Position numbers and translations under genes: made by a program
NCBI GenBank assembly: GCA_963773065.1
Contig: CAVYZN010000011.1
Span: 1-64,000, forward strand
DNA: 64,000 nt
Source of the DNA: an uncultured Gammaproteobacteria bacterium
Lineage (GTDB): Bacteria > Pseudomonadota > Gammaproteobacteria > UBA9214
Direction: 5' to 3'
The notes under the pieces: generated by a model
What the model was told of the DNA's origin: nothing
What the model saw: only the letters and a program-made list of their open reading frames with translations
The model's database searches: none
Shown: one piece after another, positions 1-10,289 of the stretch
How positions within the stretch are numbered: position 1 is the first letter of the stretch
Layout of the letters: every line of letters starts with the position of its first letter

Positions 1-139
1 CTGTAAAGACAAGAGCAGATCCCAGAAATCGATTTTCTCCCGCCGCTCGGGCGTGATCGTCAGATTGCTTGCCGCGATGTCGTCATGCCCCCCGAGCAGG
101 CCCGAAGGAGCCGGTCGCGGCTCAGCGGGATGACACGAC

Positions 140-391
140 ATGGATATTCAGCGCGCCCTCGCGGTGTACGGCTGCCTCGATCTCGGTCACTACGGTGGAG
201 CCGCCGCGGCGGTTGCGGGCGTCGCCATCGCGCTCTTCGAGGTCGCCACCGTGTTCGTGCTGCGCGCCCACTACATGATGGACGTGTTCGCCGGCGCGGT
301 CACGGCGCTCTGGGTCTGGACGGTAGCGGACGCCCTCGCTCCCGGGGTGGACTCCCTGCTGACAGCGGCCATCGGCGCGCTCGCTACGTGA
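140..391 (+). pseudogene. C-terminal fragment of a PAP2-superfamily membrane phosphatase
   Basis: VLRAHYMMDVFAGAV resembles the PAP2 C3 motif (RxxxxxHxxxDVxxG) within hydrophobic helices; no convincing N-terminal part. Confidence 0.5.
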
Positions 392-621
392 GCGAGACGC
401 ACCCCTTGCCGCGCGCCCGCACCCAAAGGGATTACCTTTTCCCTGAGCCGTTCCTGGCTCGGGAGCAAATAGGTCAGGGATATCTTCCAGGGGGATCTGA
501 TCGGGAGGGTCGTCCTTCTGTCGGGGGCGCGGCCGTGATTGCTGGTGGTCTGGCGCCTTCGAGGACGAATACAAGCAGAACATCGAAGGCAAGGGGACAT
601 CCCCAAGCCGACCTCAGAGCC

Positions 622-688
622 CGTGAATTAACCCGACTTTCGCAACTCGACCATAAACACCGCCGATTTTTCTGGCATCACCCGTGCA
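622..688 (+). promoter_or_regulatory. Putative sigma-54 promoter with upstream enhancer-binding-protein-like site
   Basis: TGGCATCACCCGTGCA at 673-688 has correct -24 GG/-12 GC spacing; CGTGAATTAACCCGACT at 622-638 resembles a degenerate TGT-N11-ACA; lies upstream of exosortase-target genes. Confidence 0.45.
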
Positions 689-782
689 AGGCGTTGATCG
701 GCAGAGGTAGCGCTACTGCGATGTGGTTGTAGTGAAGACCTGCCCTCTTGATATTGCGTGCGGGTTGGTCAGACATGCATGC

Positions 783-983
783 ATGTTTTTGCGTGCGACC
801 AAGCGCTTCAAGGACGGTAATGCGCACCGCTACTGGAGCATCGTGGAGAATCGGCGCTGTGGTGGCAATGAGGTGGCGCAACACCAGGTGCCCTACCTCG
901 GTGAGATCAATGATCAGCAGCAGGCGACCTGGTGCAAGACGGATGTTCGTAGTCGCCTCCCTGACGAATTGTGCCTCGAATGA
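783..983 (+). mobile_element. IS1634-family transposase N-terminal remnant
   Basis: MFLRATKRFKDGNAHRYWSIVENRR...YLGEINDQQQATWCKT resembles IS1634 transposase N-termini; recognizable similarity ends after about 55 aa. Confidence 0.75.
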
Positions 984-1186
984 CCATCGAGAGTCGGGAC
1001 AGCCCGCCGCGCAAGGGATTGCCAAGTAATTCTACTTAATCTTTTTCCGGAAGTGTCGATTACATACTGGAAATTCTTCCAGGAAGAAGATAGGACCCGC
1101 TGCGTGGCAAGGGACCCACGTCTTTAACAAGTCACTGTTGATGGCTTGTCAGCGGCCGGAATCACCCTGCAGGAGGTTATTTTTGT

Positions 1187-2426
1187 ATGTCACATTTATC
1201 GGGTACGTCGCGCGCCAGTTTGTCAATTGCGGCTATATCTTCATGCCGCTCCATCGCAGGCATCAGGGACAGCCGGCGATTGCCGGGTAGGAACCGCAAG
1301 AAACTATGCCGTGTTGCCTCGGCAATCGGCTTGTGGGCCCTGACATTAGGCCCCGCCTATGCCGACTTGGTTACGTCTACGTCGAGCGTACCTTTCAGTA
1401 ACACTGCTTCGGCCACTGATGGCGAGGGTGGGGCAAGCAGCACCAGTAACGACAACGCCAGCCTGGGGTCGAGCGCGCTGAATCAGTTCGACGCGTCAAC
1501 CGGTGTGTTGACCGGGGTTACGGTCAATCTCGTCTCGACGCGTACCCAGGCCGTCACGGTATCCGCGACAGCCCGGGCAACGGCAACAACCCCGTAACTT
1601 CCTCTGGATCCGGTAGCAGCACCGCCGGACATTCCGCACCCGGCGTCAGTTACACATTTACCCCGGCCATTAGCGCCAGCGGCACCTCAGTGGAACTCGC
1701 AGGAATGCCTGCAGCAACACCACGACCGCCCCCGATGTTGTCACCAGCCAGAACCAGGCGGCATCTGGCAGTCTCGACAGTTATGTTGTCGGCAGCGGTA
1801 CGGTGAATGTAAGCCGTACGGCGCCAACCCTCAGTGCCTCGCAAGGGACCGGTGTCTTCAACGGCGCCGAAACGACGCAATACAACCTGACCTGGGCAGG
1901 AAATCTCAGCGCGACGTATTCCTACCTGCTGCATGCCGCGCCTTCCTTTAACGGCAGTGCGCCGGTCAACAGCCTGACCCTGGATTTTGGTACGGTCGCT
2001 CAGAACAGCTCCGTCAGTCCGCTTGGCTTTAGTATCTACAACCTTACCGCCACCGATCGCGCGGCTCTTGACCTGGACGGCTTCAGCCTGACGGGAGGCA
2101 GCGATACAAGTGCTCTGGACAGTGATCTGGCAGGATTCGCCAACTTGGGACAAGGCGGTAATCAGGACTTCCTGGCCACCTTCGACACGACCAACACGGG
2201 CAGCTTTCTCGAGACCTATACACTGACGCTCTCGGACGCGGATGTTGGCGCAGCCACAAGCCGGTCATCCTACACCCTGTACCTGACCCTTAAGGGCAAT
2301 GTTACCGCCTCCTCCTCTGTGCCTGTTCCAGACACTGTTTGGCTGTTTGGTTCCGGTCTGGTCGGGGTGGTCGGAATATCCCGACGCAAAGGCAAAACGC
2401 TCGCACAACAGGAAAGCAGCTATTAG
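1187..2426 (+). CDS. Secreted VPLPA-CTERM (exosortase target) protein, choice-of-anchor-E-like N-domain; frameshifted in 1570-1800
   Basis: Signal peptide ending PAYA; LNQFDASTGVLTGVTVNL motif; C-terminal VPVPDTVWLFGSGLVGVVGISRRK; joins ORFs 1187-1597 and 1803-2426. Confidence 0.75.
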
Positions 2427-2634
2427 TGTTTTGCTGCCCGGTTTCGCAACCACTATTTCGCGATGACCAAATCTGGGGTGATATAGCGGTAGTTCGGTAG
2501 CGATAGTCGTTTCATCTGTTCTTGCATGATCCATGTCATCACCGCCGCTTCGATGACTCGATGGATAGCCATAACATCGGCCTGTTTGGCAGGTAAGGAT
2601 GTTGATGTCTGGGATTTGGCAAGGAGCGAACGTT

Positions 2635-3321
2635 ATGGTAAGTAAAATAAAATTTTTGCTGGGCATTTGCGTGATGGGAGTTTGCGCCCTGAGCGGCAGT
2701 GCCGCTTTCGCCTCCGTCTGTCCCGATCCCTCGGCCTATCCACTCAATGGTTGCAGCCTGCCAGGCCTGGTGGAAGGGAGTTTTCCCTACTTTTCTCAGA
2801 GTGTCTATGTAACCCTGAAAAACCAGCAGAATGGTGATTTCAAGCTTAAAGCGAGGTATGGTGGTGACGCGCCCAAGGAATCAACGTTGTTATTTTCCCC
2901 CTCAATAGATGACACCTATACTATCTCTAAGACGCGTTTACGGTTCAAGGCCAGGTACAAGAACGGCAACCTTACCGGTAGCATCAGGATCAAGGGCGTC
3001 ATACCGGACCTGAACATAAACAGCCGGCAAACGCTCATGACGGCCGATCTTACCGGTGTCTGGAATTCCACTGGTCAACTGATCGGCTTCAACACCATGA
3101 ATATCCAGTGTAACGCCGCCATCAATGCGGTCGCCCAATGTACTACTGCTGAAGTGATTTATCTCTCCCAACTCAAGGATTCGCTCGATTTAGGTGGATC
3201 AATGGGTAAATTCAAGACTACTGGTCTGGCCGTGACCTCCGTACCGGTCCCGGCTGCCGCCTGGTTGTTCGGTTCCGGCCTGATCGGTCTGGTGGGCGTA
3301 GCCCGGCACAAGCACGCCTGA
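2635..3321 (+). CDS. Secreted VPLPA-CTERM protein
   Basis: Signal peptide (AAFA); C-terminal VPVPAAAWLFGSGLIGLVGVARHK. Confidence 0.85.
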   Translation: MVSKIKFLLGICVMGVCALSGSAAFASVCPDPSAYPLNGCSLPGLVEGSFPYFSQSVYVTLKNQQNGDFKLKARYGGDAPKESTLLFSPSIDDTYTISKTRLRFKARYKNGNLTGSIRIKGVIPDLNINSRQTLMTADLTGVWNSTGQLIGFNTMNIQCNAAINAVAQCTTAEVIYLSQLKDSLDLGGSMGKFKTTGLAVTSVPVPAAAWLFGSGLIGLVGVARHKHA

Positions 3322-3374
3322 CGAATTAGTCAACGTCTCCGTAAATTCCCCCCGCCGTTGCTTTTCCGCAGGGA

Positions 3375-6255
3375 TCATAATTCCTTAATACGGATATTGC
3401 GAAATTGCACGACTTCGGTGTGACATTGAAGTCCGATATAGCCTTCATCCCGCTTGGTTTTTCCAACACTCGCTGCAACAGCGGACAACAGGTTCGGAAA
3501 CTGTCCTTTAGACACCAGCACCCCGTTGAGCCTGACTTCGATGTTCCCGCCTTGCAGCTTGATCTCGTAACTGTTCCAGTAGGTCGATTGACCCGCATCC
3601 CGTGGCTGCACGACTTTCGCGGCCCACAGCCGGGCGGGAAAGACGCCATAGACCGAGCCCGTCTTGTGCAGGGGAGAGCCGTACACGGCGTTCTCGTAAT
3701 CGAATCCCTGCTCATCTATCTGAACTTCAATGGTCGAGTCATAAAATCCTGCGTCAAGAACGGCGGGTTGCGGCATGCGCAGGAAGATTCCCGAGTTGGC
3801 TTCAATGTCGTAGGCTTTCCAGTCCAACCTCAGTATGAAATCATCGAACATCCTGGTGGTGTACCAGAGCACGCCCAAGGCGGTCGTCTTGTTATCCACA
3901 CCGGCGCCGAGGATGGGGTAAGTCTCGCTGGAGACATCAAAGAAAGCCTGACTTCCGCCGGGGACCATACTCCAGCCGTCGGTGGCGAAGTTCCCGCTAT
4001 ACAAGGTTTGAAACCCCGGCTCGTTCCCCAGGACATCAACGGACGTACACCGTTCGATGATCGACACGGCGATCTTTCGTGAGAGGGCAATTCCGGTCAG
4101 GGCCGGATTCGCCGAACCCGCGGTGGGGAAAATCGCTTGATCGACACAATAGGCGTTGGCGACATGATGAAAGCGCCCGTTTACATCGGTGACGGATTTG
4201 GCGAAGTCCGTGCCCATCCACATCGTTCCCAATTCATGATACGAGGTGCCGATGCCATCGGGTCCGCCTCCTACATATTCGATCGGTGAGGTGCCGCTTT
4301 GCGGCCGGGTGATTTCCAGATTGCCGTTCTGGATTCTGAAGTCGGGTTTATGCAAAGGGGCCGGCGGCGGTCCCGAAATAATCAAACCATCGGCCGCAAA
4401 GCGCGCGGTGTGACAAGGACAGCTAAAGATACCTTGAGCACCCACCCAGTCGACGAAGCAGCCCTCGTGTGTACAAGTCCCCTCGATCACCCGGTATTGG
4501 CCACCAAAGCGACCGACAAAAAAGCGCCCACTCGGCGTGTCCTCCCTGCGGAAGGAGTCGTCCGGGATAACGTTGAGGGGAACCTGGGCCAGCACCTCGA
4601 TGGTCGCCGCGGGTTGCGGGCCGGTCGGTGCAGTACCGCCTTGCGTCTGGTTGGCCAATGCCGCGATGAAATCAAAGGCCGCTTCATCCTGGGCGGTTCG
4701 CACCTCACCATCGTCGCTCGTCTCCACCAGGTGGACATAAGCCTTGGGGATACGAAGCTCGTTGCCGCTTTCAATATAGATATCGTCCCCGGACCCGCCA
4801 AAGGGATTGACATTCATCCAGCTCGCATTGGGGTTGCTGCCGATGGGACTGGTCCGATCCCCGAAGGTCTCTCCCACGGTGCGGATTCCGATCGCAACGC
4901 GCTCGTTGCCAAGGCCGCCTTGTGCTTCCCGGATCGACTCGATATCTTCGATATTCGGCGTCATCTGATAGAGAAAACGTTCCGGGTCTTTGCTGGCGCC
5001 GGGAAACAGGGGCACATCCATGTTGGGTGCGGCATAAAATTGCAAGTGGAATTGCCCCACACCACTCCCTGAAGTTGGCGTGGATCCGGTGACATGGAGC
5101 GCCGCCGTTTTTATTTTGGTCGGATCGGGCGGGGGGAGATTGAGGGCAGTACGCTTGACGCGCCAGGTAAAGTTACTGCGCACGTGATACAGCAGATTAC
5201 GCCCTATTAATTCTCCATTCTGATTTAACGGCGCCGGGCGCGGGAAAGAGTTCAGAGCCAGGCGCGTCGAGTTAATGGTATTACCAGCCAGAATTACCAT
5301 GGCGCTTGACTTGAGATTCAGGCGGACCACACGCGCTTTACTTTTGACTCTCGGGTCCGCCGGATCCGCCAACGCGACGACCACTTGATTTACGCGCCCA
5401 TTCGCGGTTTGCAGTTTAAGCACCTCGGCATAAGGCACTACAAAAAGCCGGCGTAAGGAATTATTTCCGCCGCTGATTTCGCTGTCTTCCCGTACCGAGT
5501 CCAGCAGCAAGGGAAGACTGCTGTATTTATCGAAACTGAATAATCCGGAACCCGGGGATTCCCCCTGAACCGCAATCGGTGGAGCCAATGCCGCCTTCAG
5601 GGAAGGCACCTGGTTGCCGTTGACCACGGCTTCGGCGCGGCTTTTCAGCGCCGTATATAAAGGTCCGTTGATAAAATCCTGCACCGGATAAGCGCCAATT
5701 TCCCGCTCACTGTACTCATACCCACCCCGCCAACCGGTCTGAAAAAGATAGTTCTCGACATCTTCCGGCCACAGTCTGTCGCCATCGTCATCGAGCTTCT
5801 GCATATCTTCTGGTTGGTAACGCGGGGACCACCCGCCCCAGAACATCGACTTGCCGCCGAGGCAGCGAGTGTGTTTAACGAACGCAACGCCATTTGTCTG
5901 GCCCGGCTCGACCAGATCTTCGGCGACCAATGCAGCGAGATCGGTGCTGCGGCGAGTCAGGTTTTGTATGTGTTCGGTGATCAGGAAAGGTCCCGACTCC
6001 AGAACCAGAATTCGCGGGGCATCCGGATTGTTGGCCATCCTGCCGGCCGCGCTCGAACAATTTGGCCGCCGTGTAGGCCCCATACATTCCCGATCCAACG
6101 ATGACGATATCGAATTGCCCGCCGCTTTGGGCCTCGAGAATTTCATCCCAGGTATTGCAGGTGTAGCGAGCCAACCCATCAACAGAGAATGTCGTCCTCT
6201 GAATATCAGGCAGTGGGAGTGGGACACCAGTATCAACAAGTCTATTTAATGGCAT
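3375..6255 (-). CDS. GMC-family FAD oxidoreductase with inserted Rieske [2Fe-2S] domain and C-terminal DUF1080 (3-keto-disaccharide hydrolase-like) domain; frameshift near 6045
   Basis: FDIVIVGSGMYG in ORF 5875-6255; ILVLESG, LGGKSMFWGG, SYHELGT, PTAGSANP; Rieske CTHEGC/CPCH; DUF1080 motifs ANSGIFLR, EVQIDE, WNSYEI, GYIGLQCH-VQFRNIRIKEL. Confidence 0.85.
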
Positions 6256-6297
6256 AGCGATCCCTCGTCTGAGTTATGTTCCAAAACGCTGTACTGA

Positions 6298-6473
6298 GAG
6301 CCTGTGAAAATATCGCCAGCCTGCTGCGGACGCCGCTTTGCGGCTGCGGCGGCGTTGCGCCACGCGAAAACTTCGGTCATTTGGCTCGCCAAACTCCCTG
6401 TTTTCGCGCAGCGCGCCTTGCCTCGCACGCCAATCGACGCCCTCGCGACGGCCGTCGATATTTTCACAGGCTC
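6298..6473. mobile_element. MITE (176 bp) with IS5/IS1182-like ends
   Basis: Perfect TIR GAGCCTGTGAAAATATCG...CGATATTTTCACAGGCTC, flanked on both sides by TGA; no transposase. Confidence 0.8.
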
Positions 6474-6687
6474 TGAGGCAGCCGGCCAGCTCGCGTATCC
6501 TCCCCGCTGTTGATGACCAGTCTTATTACCCGCAAAGAAGTGGCTACGTGGCGGGTAAAGATACGATTGTTGAATTCAAAACGCCAGAATCCTAGGTCCA
6601 GGGATTGAGGATTCGTAACAGACGGCGTGAAAGACGGGGACCGGCCAACGCCGGTCAATCAATCGGAGCAGTCATGCGGGCGAGACG

Positions 6688-6981
6688 CTACATCCCCCAG
6701 AAGTCGGCGGGCGCTGCCTCGCAGTCAGTGCCGCTGGTACATCCGTGTTCCTGCTGGGTGTCCAGGCGTTCGGCAGCCAGTTCCAACTCGAACTGGGCTG
6801 TTATGCACTCCAGTTCCCTGCCGACCACCCCGCAGGACACCTGCTCCTTTTTGTACGCCTGCAGCATCCTGCCCGGATCATCGTCGTATTGGTCGGTCAA
6901 TACGCTATCGCCAGCCCCGGCAGCCGTCCCCAAGACCAGCATCACCAGCCCCGGCAGCATTCTCGCAATCTTCATAGGCAT
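6688..6981 (-). CDS. Small secreted hypothetical protein
   Basis: AGGAGG RBS upstream on minus strand; signal-peptide-like N-terminus; 4 Cys. Confidence 0.55.
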   Translation of the reverse strand: MPMKIARMLPGLVMLVLGTAAGAGDSVLTDQYDDDPGRMLQAYKKEQVSCGVVGRELECITAQFELELAAERLDTQQEHGCTSGTDCEAAPADFWGM

Positions 6982-7239
6982 ATCCTCCTATGCGATTCCC
7001 GATATGACGGCAGATCACGAGAAAACAGTAGGTTAAGATGAAGCAGGACCAGGCGGGAGTGACGACGGCACGGCAGACTCTGCCGGGGGCTCCCAGGGGC
7101 AGCGTCATAGGGTTGATAGGGGCGTTATTCGATGGCCTGATTGGCGGCGCAGTATTTCATTGACCGTGTGTCACCCTTTTTCGGACCGATACGTTAGCTA
7201 TATTCGTAACACACGTAACCCATCAACCAGGAGGCAGTT

Positions 7240-7594
7240 ATGAACACACATAGTAAAACCTCGTCCATCTTAGCGTCGGTCATGGCCATGATCCTCGCGG
7301 TGCCGGGCGGCGCCTGGGCCGGTGGGGGTCGCTATGACAATGGCGGGCACTATAATGGCTACCACCAGAATGAACATTACAACAACCATTACAACGACCA
7401 TTACAACAATCATTACAACGGCTATTACAAGGGTAGCCGGTACTATTACCCCCATGTACTCTGGGTACCAGTCGTGCGGTAATAATAATAACCATCACAA
7501 CAACAACAATAACGACAACGACAACCTGTGGATCGGCCTGCTGGGCGGTGGCATCATCGGTTATACCCTGAGTAATATCCATCCGGGCTACTAA
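7240..7594 (+). CDS. Secreted His/Tyr/Asn-rich low-complexity protein with C-terminal glycine-zipper-like segment; frameshift near 7455
   Basis: AGGAGG RBS; signal peptide ending AWA; HYN(N/D) repeats; LWIGLLGGGIIGYTL in the second frame. Confidence 0.65.
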
Positions 7595-7859
7595 CCGCAA
7601 GCCATCGCATTACCCGACCCTCCCAGACCTTGACCGGGTTGAGACGTTAAATCCGGGGAAGGCCGCGGGGACTGTAATCAGATACCGAACTCCTAATTCT
7701 TATTGTTACTCTGTCGGGTTCAAGAACAGCTCACCCGGCGTGGATCGCGTGGCGGGTCGCGATGGGTGAAGCGATACGTTGCGTGATTATCTCCGCTTCC
7801 GCCGGGTTTGGTGAATACGTCAAAAGTCAAAAGATGCGTTGTGTTGCTGCGCAACGCTT

Positions 7860-7893
7860 GGCGGGTTACGCCAGAAACGCTAACCCGCCCTAC
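7860..7893. repeat. REP-like palindromic unit (GTAG family)
   Basis: GGCGGGTTACGC-N6-GCTAACCCGCCCTAC. Confidence 0.6.
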
Positions 7894-7933
7894 ATTTCTC
7901 AATATGTTGGGAGGGGCGGCCGGTGTCATTATT

Positions 7934-7980
7934 GTGATGTCTCATACTTGAATACTCCGAGTTCATATATGTAATATCAC
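7934..7980. promoter_or_regulatory. Imperfect inverted repeat, candidate operator of the XRE regulator
   Basis: GTGATGTCTCATACTTGAA (7934-7952) vs reverse complement of 7962-7980 (GTGATATTACATATATGAA), 14/19 identical; just upstream of the operon. Confidence 0.5.
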
Positions 7981-8004
7981 GACCCAGCCGTAACAAGAGA
8001 TGCC

Positions 8005-8280
8005 ATGGACATGATCACCGCCGCGCAGATCCGGGCCGCCCGGGCACTGCTGGGACTGGACCAGCGCCGCCTGGCCGAGGCGGCGGGGTTGTCGCTGCCC
8101 ACCATCCAGCGCATGGAGGGCAGCGCCGGGCAGGTGCGCGGCAACGTGGAGTCCCTGGTGAAGGTGGTCGAGGCGCTGGAGAAGGCCGGCATCGAACTGA
8201 TCGGCGAGGGCGCGGCGAGCGCCGGCGTGGGCCGCGGCGTGCGGCTCAAGGCGTCGTCGGCAGCGGAGGAGACGGCATGA
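8005..8280 (+). CDS. XRE-family HTH transcriptional regulator
   Basis: QIRAARALLGLDQRRLAEAAGLSLPTIQRME; ATGA overlap with the next gene. Confidence 0.9.
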   Translation: MDMITAAQIRAARALLGLDQRRLAEAAGLSLPTIQRMEGSAGQVRGNVESLVKVVEALEKAGIELIGEGAASAGVGRGVRLKASSAAEETA

Positions 8281-10289
8281 GCGCGCACGCCGCGCTTTCG
8301 CTCGCCGCGCTGGCGGTGCTGCTGGCGCTGGCCTCGTCCGCGGTCTCGCTGTTCTCGGTGTGGGCGCCGCGCGTGTTGCGCATGCTGGGCATGCCCCTGT
8401 TCGGTCTCGCGGGACTCGTGGCGCTGGCGGCGGGGCTGGGCGCCTTGTTGCAGGACGGCGTCGCCACCGCCACCCTGCCCATGGGGCTGCCGTGGCTGCC
8501 CTCGCGGGTGCGCCTCGATGCGCTGTCCGGTTTCTTTCTCTGCGTGATCGGCGTGGTGAGTTTCGCCGTCGGGCTCTATGGCCCGGCCTACGTGCGCGGC
8601 TACGAGCATGGGCGGGATTCGCTCACGGCGCTGGGCGGATTCGCCGGGCTGTTCCTCGCCGGCATGCTGCTGGTGGTGCTGGCCGACGACGCCTTCCTGT
8701 TCATGGTGTCCTGGGAGGTGATGTCGCTGTCGTCCTACTTCCTGGTGGCCTTCCAGCACGAGAACGCCGCCAACCGCCGCGCCGCCTTCCTCTACCTGCT
8801 CATGGCGCACATCGGCGGTCTGGCCATCCTGCTTGGCTATGGCGTGCTGGCCTCGTTCGGCGGCGGCTTCGCCTTCGAGGCCATGCGGGCGGCGCCGCTC
8901 TCCTCCGGTTGGGCCAGCGTGGCGTTCGTGCTGGCGTTCTTCGGCTTCGGCATGAAGGCGGGGCTGGTGCCCCTGCATGCCTGGCTGCCGGAGGCCCACC
9001 CGGTCGCGCCCTCGCACATCTCGGCGCTGATGTCCGGCGTGATGCTGAAGGTGGCGGTCTACGGCTTCATCCGTTTCGTGTTCGACCTCCTCGGTGAGGT
9101 TCAGTGGCAGTGGGGGGTGGCCGTGCTCGCCGTCGGCAGCGTCTCGGCGCTGATGGGTGTGCTCTATGCGTTGATGCAACACGACCTCAAGCGGCTGCTG
9201 GCCTATCACTCGGTGGAAAACCTCGGCATCATCTTCATTGGCTTAGGGCTGGCGCTGCTGTTCCTGGCCACGGGCCATGGGCTGTTGGGTACACTGGCGT
9301 TCGTCGCCGCCCTCTATCACACGGTCAACCATGCGCTCTTCAAGGCGTTGCTGTTCCTGGGGGCCGGCGCGATCCTGCAAAGCACCCACGAGCGGGATCT
9401 CGAACAGATGGGCGGTCTGCTGCGGCGCATGCCCTGGACCGGCCTATTCTTTCTGGTCGGCTGCATCTCCATCTCGGGGCTGCCGCCCTTCAACGGCTTC
9501 GTCTCGGAGTGGTTGACCTTCCAGGCCGCGCTGCAGGCCTGGCAGCTCGAGAGCGGCGTGCTGCGCAGCCTCATCCCCGTGGCCTCGGCGGTGCTGGCGC
9601 TGACCGGCGCGCTGGCGGCGGCGTGCTTCGTCAAGGTCTACGGCGTGGCGTTCCTCGGCCAGGCCCGCAGCCGGCACGTGCGCCGCGCCCGCCAGGTGCC
9701 CCTGGGCATGCGCGTGGGCCAGGGGTGGCTCGCGGCGTTATGCCTGCTGCTCGGCGTCCTGCCGACCTGGGTGATCGAGGTGATCGACGTCGTACCCCAG
9801 CAGCTTTTCGGCGGCGGGCTGCCGCAGGCCGGCGCCCACGGCTGGCTCTGGCTGACGCCGGTGTCCTCCGCGACGGCGAGCTACAGCGCGCCGCTGGTGG
9901 TCGTGCTGCTCGCCGTGCTCACCGGGCTGGCGTTCTGGGGATTGCACCGCGGCGCGGTGCGCCGGGTGCGCCACTGCGATGCCTGGGACTGCGGCTTCGC
10001 GCCGCCCACGACGCGCATGCAATACACCGCCACGGCCTTCGCCCAGCCCATCCGGCGGGTGTTCGGCCTGCTGTTCCACATCGAGGAGTCGGTCGGTCGG
10101 CGCGAGGACGGCGCGCCGCGTTACCACCTCAGTGTCGGCGATCGCGCCTGGGATCTGCTGTATGCGCCGGTGATGCTGGCGGTGGATTCCGCCGCCCGGC
10201 GGGTGGTGCGGCTGCAGTCCGGCAATGTGCGCGTCTATCTCGGCTGGACACTCGCGACGCTATTGGTGCTGCTATGGATCATCTCGTGA
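8277..10289 (+). CDS. hyfB: Hydrogenase-4 component B-like proton-pumping subunit (Ehr complex)
   Basis: MKAGLVPLHAWLPEAHPVAPSHISALMSG; LKRLLAYHSVEN; WDCG...MQYTATAF. Confidence 0.9.
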   Translation: MSAHAALSLAALAVLLALASSAVSLFSVWAPRVLRMLGMPLFGLAGLVALAAGLGALLQDGVATATLPMGLPWLPSRVRLDALSGFFLCVIGVVSFAVGLYGPAYVRGYEHGRDSLTALGGFAGLFLAGMLLVVLADDAFLFMVSWEVMSLSSYFLVAFQHENAANRRAAFLYLLMAHIGGLAILLGYGVLASFGGGFAFEAMRAAPLSSGWASVAFVLAFFGFGMKAGLVPLHAWLPEAHPVAPSHISALMSGVMLKVAVYGFIRFVFDLLGEVQWQWGVAVLAVGSVSALMGVLYALMQHDLKRLLAYHSVENLGIIFIGLGLALLFLATGHGLLGTLAFVAALYHTVNHALFKALLFLGAGAILQSTHERDLEQMGGLLRRMPWTGLFFLVGCISISGLPPFNGFVSEWLTFQAALQAWQLESGVLRSLIPVASAVLALTGALAAACFVKVYGVAFLGQARSRHVRRARQVPLGMRVGQGWLAALCLLLGVLPTWVIEVIDVVPQQLFGGGLPQAGAHGWLWLTPVSSATASYSAPLVVVLLAVLTGLAFWGLHRGAVRRVRHCDAWDCGFAPPTTRMQYTATAFAQPIRRVFGLLFHIEESVGRREDGAPRYHLSVGDRAWDLLYAPVMLAVDSAARRVVRLQSGNVRVYLGWTLATLLVLLWIIS

